Shown: positions 1-9,506, counted from the first letter of the stretch. The stretch: DNA of 64,000 bases from an uncultured Gammaproteobacteria bacterium (GCA_963827755.1 CAWHCQ010000013.1:32001-96000); one strand, 5' to 3'. Made by a program: numbers and translations. The notes: generated from the letters alone by a model not told the origin.

Positions 1-81
1 GCCGCCAATTACACGATGATCGATGAGGTGCGCAAACTGCCCCTGAAGGTATCGGATATCTACCGGCGCTTGACGACCTGA
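1..81 (+). CDS. 3' end of a CbbO/NorD-like vWA-domain protein (partial)
   Basis: Frame 1 reads AANYTMIDEVRKLPLKVSDIYRRLTT*, resembling the C-terminus of NorD/CbbO proteins; only 26 aa visible. Confidence 0.6.
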   Translation, partial: AANYTMIDEVRKLPLKVSDIYRRLTT

Positions 82-142
82 TCAAGAGATGACATTTACC
101 GGGTTACGCTATATCACTGCAGTGGCACAGGAGGCCCGCATC

Positions 143-895
143 ATGATCTTTCGCCAGCTGTTTGAACCGGAGTCCAGTACCTATACCTATTTGCTCGCCG
201 ACGGGACGACTGGGGAGGCCGTGCTGATCGACCCGACCGTGGAAACGGCCGAGTCGGATCTAACTGTTATCAATGAGCTGGGACTCAAACTTGTTTATAC
301 ACTTGAGACTCACGTGCATGCGGATCACCTTACCGGCGCGCGCAAGCTGAAGCAGCTGGCCGGCTCGAGGATCGCGGGCCCGGCGATGGACCAGTTGCCG
401 TGCACCGATGTCGGTGTCGAGGAGGGCACGCCGTTGATGATTGGCGACATCGCTCTGCACCCGCTGTTTACGCCGGGGCATACTTCAACGCACCACAGCT
501 ACCTGCTGGAGCAGGGCGACAGCCGGCGTGTGTTTACCGGTGATGCCCTGTTGATCGACGGCTGCGGGCGGACCGACTTTCAAGGTGGTGATGCAGCGCG
601 TCTCTATCATTCCATACACGACAAGTTGTTTTCATTGCCCGTCGATACGCTGGTCTACCCGGGGCATGATTATACGAACAGGCATGTGTCGACCATCGGC
701 CAGGAAAGGGAGCGCAATGAACGACTCGGCGGTGGCAAAACCTTGCAGGAGTTTGTTGCAATCATGGACAGCCTGGATCTTGCCTATCCGAAGAAGATCG
801 ATTTTGCAGTGCCCGGTAATGAACGCTGTGGTGAATGTCCGCCGAATATTCCAGAAGACATGCGCAGATTGTGTGACGTAACCCGGCAGGGTTAG
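143..895 (+). CDS. MBL-fold persulfide dioxygenase (ETHE1/SdoA-like)
   Basis: MIFRQLFEPESSTYTYLL, THVHADH, TPGHT, GCGRTDFQ, YPGHDY motifs; AGGAGG RBS at 129-134 favours ATG 143. Confidence 0.9.
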   Translation: MIFRQLFEPESSTYTYLLADGTTGEAVLIDPTVETAESDLTVINELGLKLVYTLETHVHADHLTGARKLKQLAGSRIAGPAMDQLPCTDVGVEEGTPLMIGDIALHPLFTPGHTSTHHSYLLEQGDSRRVFTGDALLIDGCGRTDFQGGDAARLYHSIHDKLFSLPVDTLVYPGHDYTNRHVSTIGQERERNERLGGGKTLQEFVAIMDSLDLAYPKKIDFAVPGNERCGECPPNIPEDMRRLCDVTRQG

Positions 896-1008
896 TTGCA
901 TCAGGAAGTCAACCGATAACAGGAGAAGTAAAATGTTGGTTCGTGTGCCGGAGCGTATTCATTTACTGCACACGTCGTTCAAATATTACGCAAACGATCA
1001 TTCGTAAT

Positions 1009-1032
1009 GCAGGAGCGCTTCTCAAGCGCGAT
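1009..1032 (+). repeat. GTAG-family REP (GCAGGAGCGCTTCTCAAGCGCGAT)
   Basis: Same palindrome recurs at about 23025, 44598-44845 and 61033. Confidence 0.75.
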
Positions 1033-1247
1033 TACTGCAAAAGCAGAACGCAGCAGTATCCTGCATTCGCCCCTCTCTATATCTGCAAACAAATACAGCC
1101 CGTCCCTCCCCGTGTGATCCCCTTGAAAATCGCCCGGCAACAGGCACGATCGTTCACCTGTGGTGTACACATATATTCACATTATTTATTAGTAAATTAT
1201 TATATAATCACAAACCTTGATAACTTCTGATTAACCGGGGATGAAAC

Positions 1248-1391
1248 ATGTACATCGATAGCCTGACGATCACAGCACTTGTTATTTTTGCCATCTTTTT
1301 TGGCGTGTTCGTCAAATATTGTATTCTGAATATTTGCGGCATGCCCAGTGAAAGGAGTACCCACGACACGACGGACCCGAAAGAATCCTGA
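1248..1391 (+). CDS. small putative membrane protein (47 aa)
   Basis: MYIDSLTITALVIFAIFFGVFVKYCILNICG...; one hydrophobic helix; GGGGATG upstream; below the ORF-track cut-off. Confidence 0.5.
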   Translation: MYIDSLTITALVIFAIFFGVFVKYCILNICGMPSERSTHDTTDPKES

Positions 1392-1638
1392 CGGGGGAGA
1401 TTAACCGGTGAATCTTTCCCTTCAGCCCCGCTGCCGGGCTGGCCAGGCAGGGGTCTTCGGCGGATTTTTCACCGCGGCGAAGGCCGGGTCATGTCTGCCG
1501 CCTGGCTGAGTGATTGTTTAGCCGGCGGTTTTTTGCAGCGCGGCTGGCCGACTTGCGAAACCCCCGGGACACGGGCATTATCCCCAGCCCCTCAGCGGCC
1601 CCGGCGCCGTCTCGAGGCCGGGATTCGCAATATTAGAA

Positions 1639-1654
1639 ACACAATATATAGTGT
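1639..1654. promoter_or_regulatory. NrdR box 1
   Basis: ACACAATATATAGTGT matches consensus acaCwAtATaTwGtgt, upstream of RNR genes. Confidence 0.85.
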
Positions 1655-1759
1655 TTCACTGTTATTCACTCCTGCACCATCCTGACCGCCTTCCATCGCT
1701 CTACAATGTTTGATAAGCAATTGATATTACTGATATATTATACCCACTATAAAATTATC

Positions 1760-1788
1760 TTGACAGGCCCGTCAGGGCCGCATAATCT
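1760..1788 (+). promoter_or_regulatory. sigma70 promoter of nrdJ
   Basis: TTGACA-N17-TAATCT. Confidence 0.6.
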
Positions 1789-1798
1789 TTCTACCCGG

Positions 1799-1814
1799 AC
1801 ACAACATGTAGTGT
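1799..1814. promoter_or_regulatory. NrdR box 2
   Basis: ACACAACATGTAGTGT just downstream of the predicted start site. Confidence 0.8.
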
Positions 1815-1917
1815 TTTTACTGACTGCAATTCGTCTTGATGCCGTGTCAGGCACCAGTGCAAGGCAAAAGTCCATTCCTGACAAGAACTTAAAGAGATAG
1901 GGGGGAGATCATAGCGT

Positions 1918-4071
1918 ATGACCACAACCGCGCACCTTGAAGCAGTACCCGTCGGTGTTGCAACCATTCCATTGCAACCGGCCTCGCAGGATATCTGGGA
2001 AAAGAAATACCGTCTGAAGGCAAAAGACGGCACACCGGTTGACGAGACCATCGACGGCACCTACCAGCGCGTCGCACGTGCGCTTGCCGATGTCGAGACG
2101 ACGCCGGCACTGCGCGAGACCTGGTACCGGGATTTTCTCTGGGCACTGCGCCATGGCGCCATCCCGGCCGGGCGGATCACCTCCAATGCCGGTGCCCGGG
2201 AACACAAGCCGGCGACCTCAACCATAAATTGCACGGTATCGGGTATCGTCGAGGACTCGATGGATAATATCCTCGACAAGGTGCACGAGGCCGGCCTGAC
2301 CCTGAAGGCAGGTTGCGGTATCGGTTACGAGTTTTCCACCCTGCGACCGAAAGGCGCCTATGTCACCGGGGCCGGTGCCTATACCTCCGGCCCGCTGTCC
2401 TTCATGGATATCTACGACAAGATGTGTTTCACCGTGTCCTCGGCCGGCGGCCGGCGCGGCGCACAGATGGCAACCTTCGACGTCGGTCACCCGGATGTGA
2501 TGGATTTTATCCGCGCCAAGCGCGAAGACGGCCGCCTGCGGCAGTTCAACCTGTCCCTGCTGGTGACCACGGAATTCATCGATGCGGTCAGGAATGATGC
2601 GGACTGGAAACTGGCATTTCCAATCAGTCGCAAGGAGCTTGACGAGGGCCTTGACCTGAATGACACCGACAAGGTGATCTGGCGCGAATGGCCCTACAAG
2701 GGCAGTTATGTGACCAATAATGCCGGCCTGGTTGCATGCACTGTTTGTAAGGTGATCAAGGCGCGACACTTGTGGGACATGATCATGAGTTCGACCTATG
2801 ATTTTGCCGAGCCGGGGTTCATCCTCATCGACAAGGTCAACGAGATGAACAATAACTGGTTCTGCGAGAATATCCGTGCCACCAATCCCTGCGGCGAGCA
2901 GCCCCTGCCACCGTATGGTTCCTGCCTGCTCGGTTCGGTGAACCTGACCAAGTTTGTGCGCAACCCGTTTACCGACAAGGCCGGATTTGACTGGGACGAA
3001 TTCCGCAAGGTCGTGGCCGTGTTTACCCGGATGCTGGATAACGTGGTTGAGATCAACGGCCTGCCGCTGGAAGGCCAGCGTGATGAAATTATGCGCAAGC
3101 GCCGCCACGGCATGGGTTTCCTCGGCCTCGGTTCGACGGTCACCATGTTGCGCATGAAATACGGTGAGAAGGACTCGGTTGCATTTACCGAGCGCGTCAG
3201 CCGCGAGCTGGCGCTGACCGGCTGGCGAGTGGCGCTGGATCTGGCAAAGGAAAAAGGCCCGGCCCCGATCATGGAGGAAGACTTCGAAGTTACCGAGGAG
3301 TTGCTGCGCAAGCGCCCCGAGCTGCGCCGCGACGGTTATGTGTCGGGCGACAGCGTAAAAGGCAAGATTCTGCATACCCGCTACAGCCGTTACATGCAGC
3401 AGATTGCTGCAGCAAATCCCGAGCTTGCCGGTGAACTGGAAGAGGTCGGTGCGCGCTTCACGCACCACACCTCGATTGCACCGACCGGTACGATTTCGCT
3501 GTCGCTGGCCAACAATGCCAGCAACGGTATCGAGCCGAGCTTTGCGCACCACTATTTCCGTAACGTGATTCGGGAAAACCGCAAGACCAAGGAAAAGGTG
3601 GACGTGTTTTCGTTTGAACTGCTGGCCTACCGTGAACTTGTGAATCAGGATGCCACTGCCAGCATGGAAGGTGAGGGCGATGTGTTGCCGGATTATTTTA
3701 TTGCAGCCGATCAGGTCACGCCGAAGCAGCATGTGGATATACAGGCGGCCGCGCAGAAGTGGGTGGATTCCTCCATTTCCAAGACCGCCAACGTACCCAC
3801 GGATTATCCCTTTGAGGAATTCAAGGATATTTACCTGTATGCCTATGACCAGGGGCTGAAAGGCTGTACGACCTTCCGCTTCAATCCTGAGGCCTTCCAG
3901 GGTGTGCTGGTGAAAGAAAAGGACCTGGAAAATACGCTCTACGAGTTCACGCTGGATGATGGTTCAAAGGTAAGCCTGAAGGGGAATGAAGAGGTCGAAT
4001 ACGATGGCGAGACGCATACCGCCGCGAACCTTTATGATGCCCTGAAGGAAGGCTATTACGGCAAGTTCTGA
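1918..4071 (+). CDS. nrdJa: adenosylcobalamin-dependent class II ribonucleotide reductase, catalytic subunit
   Basis: TINC, ATNPCGEQPL and SIAPTGTISL motifs; ends YYGKF as in Pseudomonas NrdJa. Confidence 0.93.
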   Translation: MTTTAHLEAVPVGVATIPLQPASQDIWEKKYRLKAKDGTPVDETIDGTYQRVARALADVETTPALRETWYRDFLWALRHGAIPAGRITSNAGAREHKPATSTINCTVSGIVEDSMDNILDKVHEAGLTLKAGCGIGYEFSTLRPKGAYVTGAGAYTSGPLSFMDIYDKMCFTVSSAGGRRGAQMATFDVGHPDVMDFIRAKREDGRLRQFNLSLLVTTEFIDAVRNDADWKLAFPISRKELDEGLDLNDTDKVIWREWPYKGSYVTNNAGLVACTVCKVIKARHLWDMIMSSTYDFAEPGFILIDKVNEMNNNWFCENIRATNPCGEQPLPPYGSCLLGSVNLTKFVRNPFTDKAGFDWDEFRKVVAVFTRMLDNVVEINGLPLEGQRDEIMRKRRHGMGFLGLGSTVTMLRMKYGEKDSVAFTERVSRELALTGWRVALDLAKEKGPAPIMEEDFEVTEELLRKRPELRRDGYVSGDSVKGKILHTRYSRYMQQIAAANPELAGELEEVGARFTHHTSIAPTGTISLSLANNASNGIEPSFAHHYFRNVIRENRKTKEKVDVFSFELLAYRELVNQDATASMEGEGDVLPDYFIAADQVTPKQHVDIQAAAQKWVDSSISKTANVPTDYPFEEFKDIYLYAYDQGLKGCTTFRFNPEAFQGVLVKEKDLENTLYEFTLDDGSKVSLKGNEEVEYDGETHTAANLYDALKEGYYGKF

Positions 4072-4102
4072 TCTGTCGCTGAATGATACGCAGGAGTAAA
4101 TT

Positions 4103-4813
4103 ATGGCAATACGTATAGAACGCAAGATTGTTGATTACGCAGTAGGCGGCGCTGACAAGCCTGAGGAAGAACAGCAGGCGCCGGCAGCTGTCATTGAGGA
4201 GTCGCAGCCGCAGGATAACGTCGTGCAGCTGCATGAGAAGCTGGAACGCCCGGAAATGCTGATTGGCTCGACCTACAAGGTGAAGACGCCGCTGTCAGAG
4301 CATGCCCTGTATGTCACGATCAACGACATTATTCTCAACCACGGCACGGACTATGAGCTGCGGCGGCCGTTCGAGATTTTTATCAACTCCAAGAACATGG
4401 ATCACTTTCAGTGGATCGTGGCATTGACGCGGATTATTTCTGCCGTCTTCAGGAAGGGCGGTGACGTGACCTTCCTGGTCGAAGAGCTGCGTTCGGTATT
4501 TGATCCACGCGGCGGATACTTCAAGAAGGGCGGTAAATACATGCCGTCACTGGTGGGCGAAATCGGTGATGCGATCGAGTGTCACATGCGCATGATAGGC
4601 CTGTTGAAGGATGACGGCCTGGATGAACACAGCAAGAAGATCCTTGCGGAGAAGCGCGCCCAGTTCGAGGCGGCTACCTCGAGCATGAAAAGCAAGGATG
4701 AAGGTGGCTTTCCCGACGGTGCGCAATTGTGCTTCAAGTGCAACACCAAGGCGGCGATCCAGATGGACGGTTGTCTGACCTGCCTCAATTGTGGCGAGTC
4801 AAAGTGTGGCTAA
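4103..4813 (+). CDS. nrdJb: class II RNR C-terminal subunit NrdJb
   Basis: RPFEIFINSKN; C-terminal CxxC...GCLTCLNCGESKCG; directly follows nrdJa. Confidence 0.9.
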   Translation: MAIRIERKIVDYAVGGADKPEEEQQAPAAVIEESQPQDNVVQLHEKLERPEMLIGSTYKVKTPLSEHALYVTINDIILNHGTDYELRRPFEIFINSKNMDHFQWIVALTRIISAVFRKGGDVTFLVEELRSVFDPRGGYFKKGGKYMPSLVGEIGDAIECHMRMIGLLKDDGLDEHSKKILAEKRAQFEAATSSMKSKDEGGFPDGAQLCFKCNTKAAIQMDGCLTCLNCGESKCG

Positions 4814-4966
4814 GTGATTGATTTATTGAATTTGGTACCTTAGTCCCATTGATTGCCCCGGTTTTTTGGCGCAACATTGGTCAAGACCTGTAAATAAGCA
4901 GAGTCGAGTAAAGGCAATAACAATAACAGCGCACTGGCGGGCAATGATCCCGATGCAGGAGGAAAC

Positions 4967-5194
4967 ATGTTTTTACAGCAGAAGCCAATACCGGGTTACT
5001 GGTACAGCAATCTTTCCGGTCAGCTGATCCAGGTACGTGCACTGGTTTATCTGGCAGGGAAGCGCAGTCGTATCGTGCTCGAGGATATCAGCGGCAAGCG
5101 TGAGTCGGTGGATTATGAGAACTGGCACGGGATGGATATGGTGTTGCATTCCCCGGTGCTGGAGCAGCAAAAGGACGTTGCCCGCGATCTCTGA
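4967..5194 (+). CDS. hypothetical protein, DUF6763-like
   Basis: AGGAGG RBS; PxPGxWY...G...VD..NW..M pattern shared with the ORF at 16506-16793. Confidence 0.65.
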   Translation: MFLQQKPIPGYWYSNLSGQLIQVRALVYLAGKRSRIVLEDISGKRESVDYENWHGMDMVLHSPVLEQQKDVARDL

Positions 5195-5331
5195 AGGATG
5201 TCCGGCGTTATAAAGATGCAGGCGCACTTCGCGCCCGCATTGATCCGTCTGTATGATCCCCTCTCATTTCTGGCAGCAACCTGCAATGGTTGAACCTGCC
5301 GTGATGCCCCCCGTCTGAACGTATTAACAGT

Positions 5332-5355
5332 GCAGGAGCGGATCTCATCCGCAAT
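5332..5355 (+). repeat. GTAG-family REP (GCAGGAGCGGATCTCATCCGCAAT)
   Basis: Matches copies at 22981 and 60990. Confidence 0.7.
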
Positions 5356-5683
5356 GATTCTCGGTAAAGACCTGCGTCTGGTGTTACAAGCCCGTCCAAC
5401 CCGTTGCCTTCACAGCCAGTAAAACAGCGATCAGCGCCCGCGGTTTGAAACTGTGTAGAAAGCCCGCTTCTCCCGGCCATGGGTCATGGCCAGAACCGGA
5501 ACTCCAGTCACAACATGCCGGAAAAAAAGAAATTACACCATTTCGGGCCTATGGTATCGGGGTTGATTTCATGACAGGATAACACTGGCCGCAGGCGCGG
5601 TAGCGCGGCAGGTAGTGGCGCAGGAAAGCGCTGGCCAGGGCTGGCGCGCATACGGTCGCATAGACAACACCAATTGACAGGAT

Positions 5684-7462
5684 ATGTATTTAAAGCATTT
5701 TAATCTGAGCGAACGGCCGTTCTCGATTACGCCCGATCCACGTTTTTTATATATGAGCGTGCGCCACAAGGAGGCGCTTGCGCACCTGCTCTATGGCATG
5801 GGTGATGGCGGCGGGTTTGTCCAGTTGACCGGTGAGGTGGGTACCGGCAAGACAACCATCTGCCGCTGCTTACTGGAACAGGTGCCGGAGAATGTTGACC
5901 TTGCCGTGGTGCTCAATCCCAAGGTCACTGCAATCGAGTTGATTGCCACGATATGCGACGAACTGGGAATTGACTATTTGCCTGGATACAGCATCAAGGG
6001 ATTAATCGACGTTCTCAATATTTACCTGCTGGGAGCACACAAGCGCGGTCGGCGCACGGTGCTGATTATTGACGAGGCACAGAACCTGAGTGTCGATGTG
6101 CTGGAGCAGGTGCGCCTGCTGACGAACCTCGAAACATCGACGCAGAAACTCCTGCAGATCGTGCTTATCGGGCAGCCTGAATTGCGCAGCCTGCTGGCGA
6201 GTAACGAGATGCGGCAGCTGTCCCAGCGTATTACCGCGCGTTATCACCTCGATCCCATTACCCGTAATGAGACGGAGGCCTATATAAAACACAGGCTGCA
6301 GATATGCGGCAATTCCCGGGACATTTTCTCGCGTCGTGCGATTAACAGGATTCAGAAACTCTCGGGCGGTATCCCGCGGCTGATCAATGTCCTCTGTGAT
6401 CGCGCCATGCTGGGTGCCTATGTCGAAGGCAAGACGCAGGTTGACCGGAAGGTGCTGAAGAAAGCGGCCAGGGAAGTACTCAACGAGGAACAACCCGCCA
6501 ATGCCAGCAAGCGGATGCCATGGCAACTTGCGGTTCTGACAGCGGTACTGGCACTGGGCGTGCTGTTTATTTATAAATCTTTTCAGCCTGCCGGTACCCG
6601 GATTGCAGAGCCTGTTGCGCTGGCGGGTGGAGAACTGGCAGTCACCCCGGTTCATGCACCGGAACCTGTGCCTGCCGGGCCCGTACTCGCCGAATCCGTG
6701 CCTGTGCAGCCCGCGCCTGTGCAGCCTGCACCTGTGGTGCCAACACCGTGGTGCCGCACCCCTGAACCTGCACCTGGATCGATGGATGACACTTCGCAAG
6801 CGTTTGCCATCGATGAAATAGATGATGTTGTGTCCAGAGCGCTGGCCAAGCTGTTGATGATGGCTGGCGATTCCTACGAAAGGACCGCCTGGACCGAACT
6901 GTTTGCACTCTGGTCGGTTAAGTTACCCGTGGATGCCAATCTTGATTACTGTGAGTTTGCAAAACAATACGGCTTGTGGTGTTTGCGCGAGCAGGGTAAC
7001 TGGAACACATTGCGTCAGTATGATCGCCCGGTAATCCTCAGCCTGGTTGCTGCTGATGCTCGCCGTGTCCCGGTGGTCTTGCAGCGTCTTGAAGACGGAG
7101 TTGCAGAGTTGTTTATCGGGGCCGAGCTCTACCGCCTGAAGGTCGGGCAGGTAGACCGTTTCTGGTATGGCGACTATTCCCTGGTGATGCAGATGCCGCC
7201 GGGAGGGAAGCTCTATCTGAGGGCGGGTAGCCAGCACGAGGATGTCCAGTGGCTGCGCAAACGGCTCGAGCTGGCCCTGGATGTCAAGATACCTGCCGAT
7301 AACCCGCTGTTATTCGACCAGGTCCTGAAATGGCATTTGCTGGATTTTCAGAAAAGCCGCGGGCTGGTAGCCGACGGGGTGATGGGTAAAAATACGGTTA
7401 TTCAACTCAACTCGCTGTCCAGCCCGGCGGATATACCGCGTCTGTCGGCAGGGCAATCCTGA
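5684..7462 (+). CDS. exeA: ExeA/GspA AAA ATPase with C-terminal peptidoglycan-binding domain
   Basis: PFSITPDPRFLY, GEVGTGKTT Walker A, IIDEAQNL Walker B, TM segment, FQKSRGLVADGVMG PG-binding motif. Confidence 0.92.
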   Translation: MYLKHFNLSERPFSITPDPRFLYMSVRHKEALAHLLYGMGDGGGFVQLTGEVGTGKTTICRCLLEQVPENVDLAVVLNPKVTAIELIATICDELGIDYLPGYSIKGLIDVLNIYLLGAHKRGRRTVLIIDEAQNLSVDVLEQVRLLTNLETSTQKLLQIVLIGQPELRSLLASNEMRQLSQRITARYHLDPITRNETEAYIKHRLQICGNSRDIFSRRAINRIQKLSGGIPRLINVLCDRAMLGAYVEGKTQVDRKVLKKAAREVLNEEQPANASKRMPWQLAVLTAVLALGVLFIYKSFQPAGTRIAEPVALAGGELAVTPVHAPEPVPAGPVLAESVPVQPAPVQPAPVVPTPWCRTPEPAPGSMDDTSQAFAIDEIDDVVSRALAKLLMMAGDSYERTAWTELFALWSVKLPVDANLDYCEFAKQYGLWCLREQGNWNTLRQYDRPVILSLVAADARRVPVVLQRLEDGVAELFIGAELYRLKVGQVDRFWYGDYSLVMQMPPGGKLYLRAGSQHEDVQWLRKRLELALDVKIPADNPLLFDQVLKWHLLDFQKSRGLVADGVMGKNTVIQLNSLSSPADIPRLSAGQS

Positions 7463-7473
7463 GTTGTTCTCCT

Positions 7474-8184
7474 ATGTCATATATTCTTGATGCACTGAAA
7501 AAGGCAGACCACGAACGCAGCGTTGGTGAGGTGCCTGATCTGGATGCGCCGCACTGGAGTCAGCGCCGTGGTGGCCCGGTGCGGATCTGGGTGTGGGTGG
7601 TCATCGGCTTGCTGGTTGTTAATGGTGCTTTACTTGGAGTGCTGTTTAACCGGGATGATCGCAGTGATAGTCAGCCTGGTATAGCCACTCAGATGCCGGA
7701 GCCGGTGCAAGGCATGCCAAAAAACGCACCGACGTATCCACCGCAGGAGCAGCAACACAGTACCATCACGAAGCTGCAACAGCCGGATAGTTTGCCACTT
7801 AAGCCGCTGGTACGGCCAGAGCGCAATGCCATGATCAGGCCGCGCCAGGCCGTGCCACCGGTGGAAGAAAGTTCGCGGGAGAGCAAGCCCGCAGCGGTTG
7901 CTGATAGCATGAGTGCCGCGCCGGTTGCAGCCAAACCCGTTAAGGCCAGCGTCACCGAAATCCCGGAATGGAATGAACTGTCGCTGGAGTTCAGGAGTGG
8001 TTTTAACCCGCCACGCCTGGATGTGCACGTCTATGATGAGGAGCCATCCCGGCGTTTTATCCTGGTCGAGCTACAGAGATATGCTGAAGGTGACACGCTG
8101 GACGGCGGTGCAAAACTCGAAAAAATCATGCCTGGAAGTATCCAGTTGTACTACCAGGGAACCCGCTTCCGTATCGACCGCTAG
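7474..8184 (+). CDS. exeB: ExeB/GspB type II secretion accessory protein
   Basis: MSYILDALKKAD, TM helix, Pro-rich linker, LDVHVYDEEPSRRFILV; follows exeA. Confidence 0.85.
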   Translation: MSYILDALKKADHERSVGEVPDLDAPHWSQRRGGPVRIWVWVVIGLLVVNGALLGVLFNRDDRSDSQPGIATQMPEPVQGMPKNAPTYPPQEQQHSTITKLQQPDSLPLKPLVRPERNAMIRPRQAVPPVEESSRESKPAAVADSMSAAPVAAKPVKASVTEIPEWNELSLEFRSGFNPPRLDVHVYDEEPSRRFILVELQRYAEGDTLDGGAKLEKIMPGSIQLYYQGTRFRIDR

Positions 8185-8345
8185 GAGCCTGTCGGACTTG
8201 GGACTGATCTACTGCGCCGGCGGGACAACGGCCCATTTTTCCGATCCTCCTCGTCAAATAGCTACGGCTATTCTCCTCGAACGATCGAAAAAATGACCTC
8301 GTTCTCCCACCCGGCTCGCTACGATCGCCCAAGTCCGACAGGCTC
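8185..8345. mobile_element. MITE with 18-bp terminal inverted repeats and CTAG target duplication
   Basis: GAGCCTGTCGGACTTGGG ... CCCAAGTCCGACAGGCTC flanked by CTAG at 8181-8184 and 8346-8349. Confidence 0.8.
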
Positions 8346-8356
8346 CTAGGTGCCTG

Positions 8357-8602
8357 TTAATCAGGAAGGGCCTTGCCGCTGCGAATCTCATCCTCTGTTG
8401 CATCGCGGATTCCCCGGATCTCGACCTCGAAGTGCAGCGACTGACCTGCCAGCGGATGGTTGCCATCCATGTAGACAATGTCATTATGCAGGTAGGTGAT
8501 CGGTGCGCCACCGGCCTCGCGAATAATGACGCCGTTCGCATTGCTGAGGGCGTACTGCATGGTGACAACCTTGTCTCTTGTGATTGTAAGTTCTTCTTTC
8601 AT
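8357..8602 (-). pseudogene. SlyD-like FKBP PPIase with large in-frame internal deletion (81 aa)
   Basis: KVVTMQYAL...PITYLH joined directly to VYMDGNHPLAGQSLHFEVEIRGIRDATEDE. Confidence 0.7.
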
Positions 8603-8694
8603 AAGGATGTACATTATACGTATGTCATGGCTACCGGTGAACTTGTTATTCCGGCCATGGTCAAAATCGGTGGAATAAAGGAGCTGGATTAAAG

Positions 8695-9006
8695 ATGAAA
8701 CAGGCAAAATTCTCAATCGGCCAGTGTGTTTCTCACAAGCTGTTTGACTACCGTGGCGTGATAGTTGACGCAGACCCGGTATTCCTGGGTTCAGATGAAT
8801 GGTACGAGGTCGTCGCAAAAAGCCGTCCGCCGAAACACGAACCCTGGTACCGTGTGCTGGTGCATGATGCGCTGAATGAAACTTATGTCGCGGAGCGTAA
8901 CCTCGAGGCTGATCCATCCAGTGAGCCGGTTGATCATCCCCTTGTCGCTGAATTTTTTGATACCTTTGACCAGGGTACTTATCATTCAGGCAGGCTAACC
9001 AACTAG
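8695..9006 (+). CDS. hspQ: heat shock protein HspQ (YccV)
   Basis: AKFSIGQCVSHKLFDYRGVIVDADP, PWYRVLV, TYVAERNL. Confidence 0.9.
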   Translation: MKQAKFSIGQCVSHKLFDYRGVIVDADPVFLGSDEWYEVVAKSRPPKHEPWYRVLVHDALNETYVAERNLEADPSSEPVDHPLVAEFFDTFDQGTYHSGRLTN

Positions 9007-9019
9007 TACAAGTTCGCTG

Positions 9020-9472
9020 ATGATAACTGCCATCCAGGCCTTGCTGAAGAAATATGCCGTTATCACTGAAGATAACACTGCAGGGCATGAGGCAAGCTTG
9101 CCTATGGCCATTGCTGTACTGTTGATGGAGACGGCACGTTCAGAAGACGGCGTTTCAGATGAAGAGCGCCGGATAATAGAGCGTATTATCGAAACGCAGC
9201 AATCCGTTTCCACCGACGAAGCCCGTCATATTGCCGATGCAGCAGAGCGGGACGCCGAACAGGCTCATTCCTTGCACCCTTTTACCCGCCTGATTGTTGA
9301 TCACTGCAGTCTCGAGGAAAGAACAGAGATTATCAGGATGCTGTGGGAAGTCACTTTTGCAGATGGTCATGCAGGTGCACATGAGCAACACCTGGTGAGA
9401 AAGGTTGCAGGTCTTCTGCATGTGCCGCATCGTGAGTTTATACGCACGAAGTTACAGCAGGATTGCTCTTGA
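9020..9472 (+). CDS. TerB-family protein
   Basis: AVLLMETARSED..SDEE, LWEVTFADG, LVRKVAGLLHV. Confidence 0.8.
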   Translation: MITAIQALLKKYAVITEDNTAGHEASLPMAIAVLLMETARSEDGVSDEERRIIERIIETQQSVSTDEARHIADAAERDAEQAHSLHPFTRLIVDHCSLEERTEIIRMLWEVTFADGHAGAHEQHLVRKVAGLLHVPHREFIRTKLQQDCS

Positions 9473-9506
9473 CGGTAAATACGCTGTCTTTATTGCAGGT
9501 AAAACA

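Noticed and set aside
1400-1917. Cobalamin riboswitch before nrdJ
   Set aside because: No B12-box or conserved core motifs recognised.
2218-3732. Long antisense ORFs (also 50820-52016 and others)
   Set aside because: Shadows of high-GC coding genes on the opposite strand.
8603-9088. N-terminal extension of the 243-aa minus-strand ORF
   Set aside because: Overlaps hspQ antisense; only the last 81 codons resemble SlyD.
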